From a virus (lineage: Duplodnaviria; Caudoviricetes), in IMG/VR virus record IMGVR_UViG_3300032225_001008, positions 1-27,791 of that record: a DNA stretch of 27,791 nucleotides. One strand, 5' to 3'. The notes under the pieces are model-generated. The model did no database searches. It had not been told where the DNA came from and saw nothing but the letters and a program-made list of their open reading frames with translations. The stretch's first letter is position 1. Every line of letters starts with the position of its first letter. A program made the position numbers and the translations under genes. Positions 7,659 to 16,843 of the stretch are shown here, piece after piece.

Positions 7659-8027
7659 ATGGGTAAAGCCAGCCGGCAGAAGGGGAAACGCGGCGAGCGC
7701 GAAGCCGCCGCCCAACTTGCGCACCACTGGAACGCACTCGACGCCCGGCGCAGTGTCCAGTTTTGTGGGCGCGTCGGCGATGCCGACCTTGTGGGCGTTC
7801 CCGGCATCCACGTCGAGGTCAAGCGATACGCCGCGATCAGTGCCCTGCGATTCTTGAAGCAGGCCGAGACCGACGCGACGCCAGGCACCGTGCCCGTCGT
7901 GGTGATGCGCGAGGACGCGGAGACCGAGTGGACCGTGATGCTGCGGGTATCTGACGCGCCCGAGTTCGCGCGCCGGCTCGTGCAGCTGCTGGGCGAGGCG
8001 ACCGTGCCCGTGGAGGTGAAGCCGTGA
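7659..8027 (+). CDS. Holliday junction resolvase-like PD-(D/E)XK nuclease
   Basis: SRQKGKRGEREAA, ADL, HVEVKR motifs (Hjc-like). Confidence 0.8.
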   Translation: MGKASRQKGKRGEREAAAQLAHHWNALDARRSVQFCGRVGDADLVGVPGIHVEVKRYAAISALRFLKQAETDATPGTVPVVVMREDAETEWTVMLRVSDAPEFARRLVQLLGEATVPVEVKP

Positions 8028-8779
8028 AGATTGCGGCGATCAGCTGCACGCACTCTCCGCACACGCCAATGGCGACGCATCACTGGCTGCTGAAGACGCT
8101 GGCCGACCTAAAGGGCATCACGCACTTTGTTCATTTGGGCGACGTGTTCGAGGCGAGCGCCGCGAGCGTGCATCCTGACGAGGCCGGGCATTCGCTGTTG
8201 GATGAGTACAGGCATGCGGCCGCGTTCTTGAAGTCGATCCGCGAGGTGCTGCCGCGCAAGGCACGATGCCACATCACGGAAGGCAACCACGACGACAACC
8301 TGCGCAGCCAAGATCCCCGCCGTATCCCTCGCGCGTTGCGGGCCGTGGCAGACTTCATGCACGCCGAACCGTTCGCAACCGAGGCCAAGCGCTGGCACTG
8401 GACCCCATACCGCAAGGATCGCAGTGGGTGCTTGGAACTTGGCCCGGTGGTCGCTACACACGGGTTCGACGTGGGACAGAACAGCGACGAGCTTGAGGCG
8501 CTGCAATTCTTCAACGCGACAGGCGGCGCACCGCATCGCTTGTTCATTCGGGGCCACACGCATCGCCCCGTACATCCGACGCAGTGCAGGCGCACGCGAT
8601 CCATTCCGCTGCCGTACTGGTATGCGAATGCTGGAACCTGCGGACCCCTGCAGCCCGGCTGGATGAGTCGCCGGGACACATCGCAATGGGGCAGCGCGAT
8701 CATCGTGATCGACGTGGGTGAGCCCATGACTCGCCGTCGTGGTCGGAACTGGGAAGCCAGACTGGTGGAGATGCCATGA
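8024..8779 (+). CDS. Calcineurin-like metallophosphoesterase
   Basis: HLGDVFE, GNHD, THG, GHTH motifs. The first motif reads SCTH instead of SDxH. Confidence 0.85.
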   Translation: MKIAAISCTHSPHTPMATHHWLLKTLADLKGITHFVHLGDVFEASAASVHPDEAGHSLLDEYRHAAAFLKSIREVLPRKARCHITEGNHDDNLRSQDPRRIPRALRAVADFMHAEPFATEAKRWHWTPYRKDRSGCLELGPVVATHGFDVGQNSDELEALQFFNATGGAPHRLFIRGHTHRPVHPTQCRRTRSIPLPYWYANAGTCGPLQPGWMSRRDTSQWGSAIIVIDVGEPMTRRRGRNWEARLVEMP

Positions 8780-9063
8780 AGGGCAACGAGTTCCGCAGCA
8801 AGATCGCGGGCCGTACTTGGCGCATCGTGTACGAGGACGCGAAGACGATGGGCAAGGACTGGGGACGATGCTGGCTGCCCGCCGGTCGGCACCCGCTCAT
8901 CCAGCTGCGACGCGCCCTGCGCGGCTACCGGGCGATGGACGTGCTGGTGCATGAGGTGCTGCACGCCGCACGCCCTGAGCTTGACGAGCAGGCAGTCGAG
9001 GCCACGGCCACGGCTATCGCGCGCGCACTGTGGAAGGCCGGCTATCGGAGGATGGATCAGTGA
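8776..9063 (+). CDS. Small HEXXH zinc-metallopeptidase-like protein
   Basis: DWGRC...IQL...VLVHEVLHA...EQAV. Confidence 0.7.
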   Translation: MKGNEFRSKIAGRTWRIVYEDAKTMGKDWGRCWLPAGRHPLIQLRRALRGYRAMDVLVHEVLHAARPELDEQAVEATATAIARALWKAGYRRMDQ

Positions 9064-9419
9064 GGCAGCGCCCGCCCAGGCTGCGCGTGGGCAAGCCGCG
9101 CGAGATGCCGATGGCTGTTGCACCTGAGCGCGCGCCGGGCTCGACGCATGAGCGCGGCTACGGGTGGAACTGGCAGCAGGCTCGGCGCGTCGCGCTCAAC
9201 CGTGAGCCGTTGTGCCGCTACTGCATGGAGCGTGGCATGGTCACGGCAGCGACTGAGGTCGATCACATACGCGCGTTGCGCGACGGCGGCGACAACGCGC
9301 TCGACAACCTTGCCCCTTGCTGTCACGAGTGTCACCTGCGGAAGACGATGCGCGACGTGTCTGGAAGGAAACGGCGTCAGACCGGGGGGGGTGGCAATTC
9401 TGGCTTGCCATTGGCATGA
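9060..9419 (+). CDS. HNH endonuclease (HK97 gp74-like packaging cofactor)
   Basis: RGYGWNW, PLCRYC, EVDHI, NLAPCCHECH. Immediately upstream of terminase. Confidence 0.9.
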   Translation: MRQRPPRLRVGKPREMPMAVAPERAPGSTHERGYGWNWQQARRVALNREPLCRYCMERGMVTAATEVDHIRALRDGGDNALDNLAPCCHECHLRKTMRDVSGRKRRQTGGGGNSGLPLA

Positions 9420-9640
9420 CCAACCTTCGGCCCTCAACACACGCGGCTCCTAGTTTGCCGCATGGCTTTCTAGGAGCCTCCAGGCTGCGTTGCGTGGGGG
9501 ATGCGTGCGCCGTTGGCGGTGTTTTTTGCGCGCGTGGCTTGTAAGCGATCGTAGCGGCCGCGCATTTTTTGTATGGGACATTGGCGGCGTTTTGACGCCG
9601 TAGAAACGCAGGCATCGACAGCCTGCAGAGAGGAAGTATT
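9380..9640. other. Probable cos/packaging region
   Basis: G8 run at the end of HNH, then a non-coding gap with T-tracts and a CGGCGT-TTTG-ACGCCG palindrome before terS. This is the usual cos position in HNH/P27-terminase phages. The exact cut site is not identifiable. Confidence 0.5.
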
Positions 9641-9641
9641 C

Positions 9642-10118
9642 ATGGGTCAGAGAGGACCAAAACCAACGCCGACGAGCGTGCTGAAGTTCCGAGGAAGTGA
9701 GAAGGGCATGGCGCGCGAGGCTGAACCAGAGGGCAGCGACGGCCCCCCGCTGCTGCTGCCGTTCGTCGCCAGCGACGAGGTGGCTCGGCGCTACTTCGAC
9801 CGCCTGATCGAAGACCTGCGCCGGCTGGGACTGTATGCCGCCGAGGACTACCAGGCGCACAACGCGCTAGCGCATGCGTCGGCCGAGTTTGAGCGGGCGC
9901 AGGCTGCAGTTCAAGAAAAGGGTCTGGTACTTGAAACGCCGCATGGGCCTGTTATCAATCCGATGAAGAAGGCGCGCGATGATGCGAGGGCTGAGGTCGC
10001 GCGCCTGTCTCGCTGCTTCGGCTTGACGCCGAGCGACCGTGTCGGGTTAGTGTCTTCCAAGAGAGCGAAGGGGGATGCCAGCGGGATCGAGTCGATCCTC
10101 AAGTCGAAGACGGCCTAA
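9642..10118 (+). CDS. terS: Terminase small subunit, P27 family
   Basis: MGQRGPKPTPT start, VINP, FGLTPSDR motifs. AGGAAG RBS. Confidence 0.92.
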   Translation: MGQRGPKPTPTSVLKFRGSEKGMAREAEPEGSDGPPLLLPFVASDEVARRYFDRLIEDLRRLGLYAAEDYQAHNALAHASAEFERAQAAVQEKGLVLETPHGPVINPMKKARDDARAEVARLSRCFGLTPSDRVGLVSSKRAKGDASGIESILKSKTA

Positions 10119-11712
10119 GCTCGCGCCCGTCGCGGGCTTCAACGCATCGGCAACCGCCGCAAAGGGCGACTGGTTCGACGCCGACGAACTGGCGCGCATA
10201 GACAAGTTCTTCGGCCTGTTGTCGCACCAGAAAGGCGTCTGGGCCGGCAAGGCGTTCGAGCTGTTGCCGTGGCAGCGCGACCTGCTCGGCTCGCTGCTGT
10301 GCTGGAAGCGCGCGGACGGCACCCGACGATTCCGTCAGACCTACATCTGCGTGCCACGCAAAAACGGCAAGAGCACGCTGGTCGCCGGCCTCGCGCTGTG
10401 GCTGCTGCTCGCCGATCGCGAGCCGGGCGCTGAGGTCTACTGCTGCGCGAGTGCGCGCGACCAGGCTGCGATCGTGGGCGATGCCTGTCGGCAGATGGTG
10501 CAGTCGAACCCGGCGCTGGCGAAGGCGGTCGAGGTGTTCCGCAACGTGATCACCTTCGGCAACAGCAAGCTGGAGATCCTGAGCAGCGACGCGGGCACGA
10601 AGCACGGCAAGAACGCGAGCGCGGTGATCTTCGACGAAGTGCATACGTTCGCAGATCGCGACCTGTACGACGCGATGGTGACTTCGATGGGCGCGCGCCA
10701 GCAGCCGCTGATCGTGTCGATCACGACCGCGGGCCACAACCGCGAGAGCCTGTGCTGGGAACTGCATGCCTACGCCGAGAAGGTGCGCGACGGACTGATC
10801 GAGGATCACGCTTTCTATCCTGCGGTGTTTAGCGCGCCAATCGACGCAAACTGGAAGAGCCCGAAGGTGTGGCACAAGGCGAACCCCAGCCTGGGCGTCA
10901 CCGTCACCGAGGCGTTCCTGCAGGGTGAGTGCGACAAGGCGAAGGAGCTGCCCGCCTACGAGACGACCTTCCGCCAACTGTACCTGTGCCAGTGGACCGA
11001 GTCGAAGCGCGCATGGATCAGCACTGACGCCTGGGCGGCGTGCGCGTCGAGCGATGCGACCGCCGAGCGCCTCGCCGGCCGCGAGTGTTACGGCGGGCTC
11101 GATCTCTCAACGACCACCGACCTGTCGGCGCTGTCGCTGATCTTCCCGTGCGACGACGGCAGCGTGGACGTGCTGTTTTGGGTCTGGTGCCCCGAGGAGG
11201 GCATCCGCAGGCGCAGCCGCAGCGACCGCGCACCGTATGACGTGTGGGCCTCGAAGGGCTTCCTGCACCCCACGCCGGGCGCGGTGGTCGATTACGACTT
11301 CATCGCCGAGACCATCCGCCAGTGCTGCAAGCGCTTCGCGGTGAAGTCGCTCGGCTTCGACCCGTGGAACGCGACGCAGCTCGCGAGCGGGCTGTACGGC
11401 GAGGGCGTGCCGATGATCGAAGTGCGCCAGGGCTACCGCACACTCAGCGAGCCGGCGAAGAAATTGGAGGCGCTGGTGGTGTCGCGCAAGATTCGGCACC
11501 CAAACAATGCGCTCGCCAACTGGTGCCTCGGCCACGCAACCATCGACACCGATCCAGCTGGGAACATAAAACTTTCCAAAGGTAGCAGCACCGAACGAAT
11601 CGACGCAGCTGCGGCGCTGGTGACGGCGCTCGCGACATGGCTGCACCAGAAGACCGACGCAACCGGACCAAGCGTCTACGAACAACCCGAAAGGACCATT
11701 CAATGGCTTTGA
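10075..11712 (+). CDS. terL: Terminase large subunit
   Basis: LLPWQ, PRKNGKS Walker A, IFDEVH Walker B, ITTAG, GGLDLS, FDPWNA, RIDAAAA. Confidence 0.96.
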   Translation: MPAGSSRSSSRRRPKLAPVAGFNASATAAKGDWFDADELARIDKFFGLLSHQKGVWAGKAFELLPWQRDLLGSLLCWKRADGTRRFRQTYICVPRKNGKSTLVAGLALWLLLADREPGAEVYCCASARDQAAIVGDACRQMVQSNPALAKAVEVFRNVITFGNSKLEILSSDAGTKHGKNASAVIFDEVHTFADRDLYDAMVTSMGARQQPLIVSITTAGHNRESLCWELHAYAEKVRDGLIEDHAFYPAVFSAPIDANWKSPKVWHKANPSLGVTVTEAFLQGECDKAKELPAYETTFRQLYLCQWTESKRAWISTDAWAACASSDATAERLAGRECYGGLDLSTTTDLSALSLIFPCDDGSVDVLFWVWCPEEGIRRRSRSDRAPYDVWASKGFLHPTPGAVVDYDFIAETIRQCCKRFAVKSLGFDPWNATQLASGLYGEGVPMIEVRQGYRTLSEPAKKLEALVVSRKIRHPNNALANWCLGHATIDTDPAGNIKLSKGSSTERIDAAAALVTALATWLHQKTDATGPSVYEQPERTIQWL

Positions 11713-13481
11713 TCGACATCCTGCGCCGATACCTCGGCCCCACCCCGCCGCGCTCCGACTTCGAGGACACCGTGCCGATCGGCCAGCCGACGAGCGGAAG
11801 CGTGCAGTCGTATGTGCAGTCGTACTCCTACACGGGCGAGAGCATCACGCCGGCACGCGCGCTCGAAGCGCCGACGGTGTTCGCATGCGTGCGCCTGATC
11901 GCGTCGAGCATCAGCCGCCTCGACTGGCAGGTGCTGCGCGAGACGCCCGAGGGCAAGGTCGCGGACAGCGAGCACCCGCTCTACAACCTGCTGAACTACG
12001 AGGCGTCCGACGACATCGGCGCGATCCAGTGGCGCGAGATGGCACTCACCTCGGCGCTGCTCACGGGCAACTTCTTCGCCTACATCCACCGCGACAAGGC
12101 GGGCCGTCCGGTGGCGCTGGAGCCCCTGCGCAGCGACTACGTCGCCATGTACCGCGACGGCGACAACCAGCCCTACTACCAGGTGTGGACGGGCAAGTAC
12201 ACGGGCAAGAACGAAGAGAAGGCCATGCGTCGCTTCCGCGGCTACGACATGTTTCACCTCGTCGGGCCGACCACGTTTGAGGGCATGCTCGGCGTCGCAT
12301 TCATCCACCAGATGCGCGACCTGATCGGGCTGGAGCTGGAGGTCACGGAGTACGTGACGCGTTTTTTCGCTCAGGGCGCAGTGCCCGGTGGCGTGCTGAA
12401 GATGCCGGGCCGCCTGAGCCCCGAGGCCAGCAAGCGCCTGCGCGATGCGTGGCAGGCGGCGCACGGCGGTGCGAGCCGCGCCGGCCGCGTGGCCGTGCTG
12501 GAAGATGGCCTGACGTATGAACCCATCACGCAGACCGCCCGCGACAACGAGCTGATCGAGATGCGGAAGTATTGCCGCCAGCAGATCGCGGCGGCCCTCG
12601 GCGTGCCGGCGCACAAGGTCGGCGACACTGAAAGCCAGTCGTACTCCTCGAACGAGCAGGCGGATACAGAGTTCGTCAAGATGACACTCGCGGGCTGGGC
12701 GGCGCGACTGGAGCAGGAAGCCAGCCGCAAGCTGATCCAGCGCGGCGAGCCATATTGCACGCGGGTCAACTTCGACTCGCTCCTCAGAGCAGACATGTCC
12801 ACCCGCTTTGCTGCCTACGCAGTCGCCGTCACGAACGGCATCCTGACCCCGAACGAGATCCGCGCGCGCGAAGGTCTGCCGGCGGTCGAGGGTGGCGACA
12901 GCATCCGCTTGCCGATGAACACTGAGGCACCAGGGCAGCCCGCTCCAGCGCCGAGCAAGCCCGCTGCGCCGTCGGACGGCGTGCCCCCGTCTGTGGACGT
13001 GGAGCCCGAAGCGGTCGCTCCTAGCGTGGATCTCGACGCGCAGGACGAGGCTGATGCGTTCAACGCGGCGCGCGCGGCGGCGTCGGCAATGGCTGCCGTG
13101 CGTCCCGCGGTGGAGAGCGCCTTCCGTCGCCATCTGCAGCGGGTGTCGGATTACCTGCTGAAGCAGCGCACCCAGTCGAAGCTGGACAGGTGGGAGCCGC
13201 CCATCGACTGCATCGACGACGACCTGCGCGCGACGGTGCGGACTCTGGGCGGCCTCCTGGGCAACGAGGAGCGCGCCACGAAGGCGCTCGACGCCGCCCT
13301 GCTGCGACACGCCCGCCACCTGCGCAACGCGGTGACGGCCATCGGCACCCTGTCCGAAACGATCGACGGCTGGCGCGACCTTCCCCAACTGGCGGCCGAC
13401 GAGCTGCTGGAGATGGTGCGCCTCGAAACCACACACGCACCCCTGCTGGAGACCACCACCAATGCCAACCCCAAAGCCTGA
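11703..13481 (+). CDS. Portal protein, HK97 family, with C-terminal extension (592 aa)
   Basis: VFACVRLIA, LLTGNFFA, GVPAHKVG, SSNEQ, GILTPNEIRAREGLP..GGD. Confidence 0.95.
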   Translation: MALIDILRRYLGPTPPRSDFEDTVPIGQPTSGSVQSYVQSYSYTGESITPARALEAPTVFACVRLIASSISRLDWQVLRETPEGKVADSEHPLYNLLNYEASDDIGAIQWREMALTSALLTGNFFAYIHRDKAGRPVALEPLRSDYVAMYRDGDNQPYYQVWTGKYTGKNEEKAMRRFRGYDMFHLVGPTTFEGMLGVAFIHQMRDLIGLELEVTEYVTRFFAQGAVPGGVLKMPGRLSPEASKRLRDAWQAAHGGASRAGRVAVLEDGLTYEPITQTARDNELIEMRKYCRQQIAAALGVPAHKVGDTESQSYSSNEQADTEFVKMTLAGWAARLEQEASRKLIQRGEPYCTRVNFDSLLRADMSTRFAAYAVAVTNGILTPNEIRAREGLPAVEGGDSIRLPMNTEAPGQPAPAPSKPAAPSDGVPPSVDVEPEAVAPSVDLDAQDEADAFNAARAAASAMAAVRPAVESAFRRHLQRVSDYLLKQRTQSKLDRWEPPIDCIDDDLRATVRTLGGLLGNEERATKALDAALLRHARHLRNAVTAIGTLSETIDGWRDLPQLAADELLEMVRLETTHAPLLETTTNANPKA

Positions 13482-13992
13482 AACCCGTTCCCTCGGCACC
13501 CTTGCCCCCGCCGCCGACCTGAAGGTGCGCGGCTACGCCGTCGTTTGGGAACCCGCCTATGACATGGGTCGCGAGATGGAGCGGGTCGATCCCAACGCCT
13601 TCGCGCGCTCGATGGAAGAGCCCGGCGATATCGCCCTGCTCTGGAACCACGATACCGGCAAGCCGTTAGCCCGGGTGCGCGCCGGCAACTTGCGCCTGTT
13701 CACAGACGCCACGGGTCTCGGCTTCGAGGCCACCCTGCCAGACACCGCGACGGCCCGCGAGGCCCACGCCCTGGTCGAGAGCGGCGTGGTGAGCCAGTGC
13801 AGCTTCGGCTTCATGGTGCGGGCTGAGAAGTACGAGAAGGGCGTGGACAAGCCCGTGCGGGTCATCCTCGACGCCGACCTGTTGGAGATCTCGCTCGTGA
13901 CGTTCCCGGCGAACAGTGCCACCAGTGTCGAGGCTCGCGAGGCGCAGGCCGAGGCGGTTCGCCGCACGATCCGGCTCCTGCCGCCGCGTTGA
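13462..13992 (+). CDS. Prohead protease, HK97 family
   Basis: GYAVVW, LLWNHD, CSFGF, EISLVTFPA. Confidence 0.93.
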   Translation: MPTPKPETRSLGTLAPAADLKVRGYAVVWEPAYDMGREMERVDPNAFARSMEEPGDIALLWNHDTGKPLARVRAGNLRLFTDATGLGFEATLPDTATAREAHALVESGVVSQCSFGFMVRAEKYEKGVDKPVRVILDADLLEISLVTFPANSATSVEAREAQAEAVRRTIRLLPPR

Positions 13993-14031
13993 CCCCCCGC
14001 CCTTGCATCGCGTTTTTTTGACGCGACAATG
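13993..14031 (+). promoter_or_regulatory. Putative phage late promoter, copy 2
   Basis: CCCCCCGCCCTTGC-N18-GACAATG (TTGCAT-N16-GACAAT). The spacer overlaps a TCGCGT/ACGCGA inverted repeat. Confidence 0.55.
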
Positions 14032-14119
14032 GCGGCCAATTGAATACCTGCCGCGCGTGGGTGCCCCTGCCTAGTGCATGCACACCGCCGCGCGAGACAG
14101 ACCTCCGTGCAGCCCTCGT

Positions 14120-14186
14120 GGCGCACTGGCCTGCATGCGGACGTTGAACTGGAAGACAACGAACCGCCGGGCTAGTGCGCCTTTTT
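14120..14186 (+). ncRNA. Structured leader / attenuator-like hairpin upstream of capsid genes
   Basis: 14-bp outer stem (14120-14133/14168-14181), inner GCGG/CCGC and CGTTG/CAACG stems, 10-nt loop, followed by TTTTT. Confidence 0.55.
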
Positions 14187-14217
14187 CGTCGCACCCCGGC
14201 GCTAACCGGAGACTGCG

Positions 14218-15243
14218 ATGGAGAAGAAGAACCAACTGGATCGAAATGGCGAGGAGTACCGCGGGCTGTTCCAGCGCTACCTGCAGCACGGCCAAGGCCG
14301 AATGACCGATGCGGAAGTGCGCGCCCTGAGCAACAGCGGCACCGGACTCGGCAACGTCATCGCCCCCACTGGCTGGAGCGATTTCATCGAACTGTCGATG
14401 CGCCAGGACACCATCCTGAGTCGCGTCCGCAAGGTGAACACCGCCGGCAAGTTCACGCAGATCATCAACGTGGCCGACGCGACGGTCAACACCAACCAGA
14501 GCGAGACCAACATCGGCACCGAGGCGTGGACTTCCGGCACGGCGCTCGCACTGCCCCAGCAGGGCTCCGGCGGCAGCACGACCTACACCTTCAGCCTGAA
14601 GAAGATCACCGCTTGGACCAAGGTCACGAACGAGCTGCTGGAGGATTCAACCGCCGCCGCGAGCATCGAGGAGTTCATCCAAGCAGAACTGGTTGCCGAA
14701 CTGATCACGCAGATCAACTCGCAGATCCTGATCGGCGACGGCAGCACCGGATGCCAGGGCGCGTTCAACTCGGCCAAGGCATATAGCCGCACCGCCAGCA
14801 CCGGCGTGGCGACGACCAACAAGCCCAGCGACATCCTTGCCGCAGCCTGGGCATCGACGAACAGCGCGCAGTCGCCGCTGGCATTTGAGTCGTGGAAGAA
14901 CTCGGTCGCGGTCATCAACAGCCGCCTGACCGGATCGTTCGACAGCACCTTCTTCCCGCCACTGTTCCCGTTGTTTGCCGGAAACATGGAGACCGGGACA
15001 TCTGTCGAAGGTCTGCCCACCATCTACCACCGCCTGTCCGCCACCACCCCGACAACCGGCGACACGCTCGTGATGTTCTTCGACCCCAGCAAGTACCTGC
15101 TGGCGACTTCGATGCGCGACTTTACCGTCACGCGTCTGACCGAAACTTTTGCAGCAAACGACCAAACGGCATTCGTCGCCAGCGTGCGAGCGGACGGTTG
15201 CCTGCTTCACACCACTGGCGTGCTCAACGTGAACCGCGCCTGA
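14218..15243 (+). CDS. HK97-fold capsid protein paralog A (short N-terminus, 341 aa)
   Basis: RALSNSGTGLGNVIAPT, KKITAWTKVTNELLEDS, ILIGDG, FAANDQTAFVASVRADG. Confidence 0.85.
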   Translation: MEKKNQLDRNGEEYRGLFQRYLQHGQGRMTDAEVRALSNSGTGLGNVIAPTGWSDFIELSMRQDTILSRVRKVNTAGKFTQIINVADATVNTNQSETNIGTEAWTSGTALALPQQGSGGSTTYTFSLKKITAWTKVTNELLEDSTAAASIEEFIQAELVAELITQINSQILIGDGSTGCQGAFNSAKAYSRTASTGVATTNKPSDILAAAWASTNSAQSPLAFESWKNSVAVINSRLTGSFDSTFFPPLFPLFAGNMETGTSVEGLPTIYHRLSATTPTTGDTLVMFFDPSKYLLATSMRDFTVTRLTETFAANDQTAFVASVRADGCLLHTTGVLNVNRA

Positions 15244-15268
15244 CCACTCCGCACGAAAGGAAAGAACC

Positions 15269-16576
15269 ATGAAGAACTACAAGGAACTGCGCGAGGGCAA
15301 CGACGCCCGCTATCGCGCCATGCAGGAAATGATCGAGGCGGCAAACGCGAACGGCGGCGACATGACCGCCGACGACACCGCCAAGTTCGACGCGCTGAGC
15401 GCCGAGTATCGCAAGGTGCAGCAGCAGATCGAGCGCAACCACGCGCTGATGGGCTTGGCTGCGAAGGACAAGGACGCGGGCTTCATTGATGTCGGCCCGG
15501 ACGCGCCCGAAGTTCGTCGCGCTCCCGCTGCTCGCGAGACCGCGCAGCGCGCCCCGCGCTTCGGCGACTTTCGCTGCAGCGACGAGTTCATGCGCGCCTA
15601 CGAGACCTACCTCAAGCGCGGCGAACACACCCCGATGACCGAAATGCGCGCTCTCTCTGAGGGTGGCACGGGCCTCGGCGACATCGTTGCCCCGACTGAG
15701 TTCCAGAGCCGCATGGCCGAATTGCTGCAGAAGGTGGTGACCCTGCGCAAGATCGCGACTGTGATGCCGCTGGGCTCGTGGAAGCGCGACATCGCGATCG
15801 AAAGCGCCCTTGCGAGCGTCAACTGGACGACCGAAGGTTCCTCAATCACCGACTCGCTGGCGACCAACCCAACGTACAGCAACGTGGTCCTGCAGCCCAA
15901 GAAGCTCGCCGGCCGCGCCGTTGTCAGCCGCGAACTGATCGACGATGCCCCCGCTCGCGGCCCTGGCTTCTCGATCGAGAACGTGATCACGAACAGCTTC
16001 GCGAAGGCGTTTGCGCAGACCGAAGAGGACGGCATGCTGAACGGCACCGGCTCGTCCGGACAGCCCACGGGCATCCTGACCATCGCTTCCAGCGGGCCGG
16101 GCATCGGAAAGCAGCTCAACGCAAACACTGCAGTTACTGGCGCAGAAGTGATCGACTGGGTGTACAGCCTCGGCCGCGAGTATCGCCAGCATCCCAGCGC
16201 TGCGATCCTGCTGTCCGATACGGCCCTCGGATACATCCGCAAGGCCGGCACCGCTGGCGGCACCGTCAGCTACTTCTGGCAGCCGTCAAGCGTGCTCGGC
16301 GAGCCCGATCGCATCCTGGGCATCCCGGTGTACGCCTCGGCCTACGTCCCCGCCCCAGCCACCTCGTCGCAGGGCTTTGCCAGCGGCGGCGGCATCTGCG
16401 GCATGATCGGTGCATTCGACTACTGCGTCATCGGCGAGCGCTCCGGCTACAGCCTGCGCGTGCTGAATGAGCTGTATGCCCAGAATGACCAGGTCGGATT
16501 TGTGTGTACGAACAGGGTGGACGTGAAGCTGACGAACATGTCGGCGTTCAAGTACCTGAAGGGATCGGCCGCCTAA
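15269..16576 (+). CDS. Major capsid protein, HK97 family (paralog B, with delta domain, 435 aa)
   Basis: Coiled-coil N-terminus, RALSEGGTGLGDIVAPT, KKLAG..VSRELIDD, LNGTGSSGQPTGIL, ILGIPV, YAQNDQVGF. GAAAGGA RBS. Confidence 0.95.
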   Translation: MKNYKELREGNDARYRAMQEMIEAANANGGDMTADDTAKFDALSAEYRKVQQQIERNHALMGLAAKDKDAGFIDVGPDAPEVRRAPAARETAQRAPRFGDFRCSDEFMRAYETYLKRGEHTPMTEMRALSEGGTGLGDIVAPTEFQSRMAELLQKVVTLRKIATVMPLGSWKRDIAIESALASVNWTTEGSSITDSLATNPTYSNVVLQPKKLAGRAVVSRELIDDAPARGPGFSIENVITNSFAKAFAQTEEDGMLNGTGSSGQPTGILTIASSGPGIGKQLNANTAVTGAEVIDWVYSLGREYRQHPSAAILLSDTALGYIRKAGTAGGTVSYFWQPSSVLGEPDRILGIPVYASAYVPAPATSSQGFASGGGICGMIGAFDYCVIGERSGYSLRVLNELYAQNDQVGFVCTNRVDVKLTNMSAFKYLKGSAA

Positions 16577-16596
16577 TCGGCTGACACTGCAACAAC

Positions 16597-16628
16597 CCCC
16601 GTGGGAGGGAAACCTCCCACGGGGATTT
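16597..16628 (+). terminator. Stable hairpin (terminator/processing) after the major capsid gene
   Basis: Perfect 12-bp stem CCCCGTGGGAGG-GAAA-CCTCCCACGGGG, short ATTT tail. Confidence 0.7.
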
Positions 16629-16639
16629 CAAGGAGTCGC

Positions 16640-16843
16640 ATGCGAGTCAAGATGCTGCAAACGGTCGGGACTGCAGACGAGGGCTTCGGCGAGGGCCAGG
16701 TCTATGACCTGAGCGAATCGCGTGCGATTGAGTTCATGTCTCTTGGATGGGCCGAGCGCGCCGACGTTCACCCAGACCAGCCCGAAGCGTGCGTGAAGCC
16801 GGAGTTCTGCAAGGCAACAAAAAAGGGAGCAAAGCGATGCTGA
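16640..16843 (+). CDS. Small head-associated protein (67 aa)
   Basis: AAGGAG RBS. MRVKML...G.VYDL...A......GWAE pattern is common in genes following HK97 capsids. Confidence 0.7.
   Translation: MRVKMLQTVGTADEGFGEGQVYDLSESRAIEFMSLGWAERADVHPDQPEACVKPEFCKATKKGAKRC

Noticed and set aside
9384-9391. G8 tract in the HNH gene as a phase-variation site
   Set aside because: It lies after the complete HNH domain, and G-runs are common beside cos in such phages.
11700-13499. 599-aa antisense ORF opposite the portal (and similar long minus-strand ORFs opposite the exonuclease, terminase and TMP genes)
   Set aside because: These are shadow ORFs expected from high GC3 codon bias. They have no motifs or RBS.
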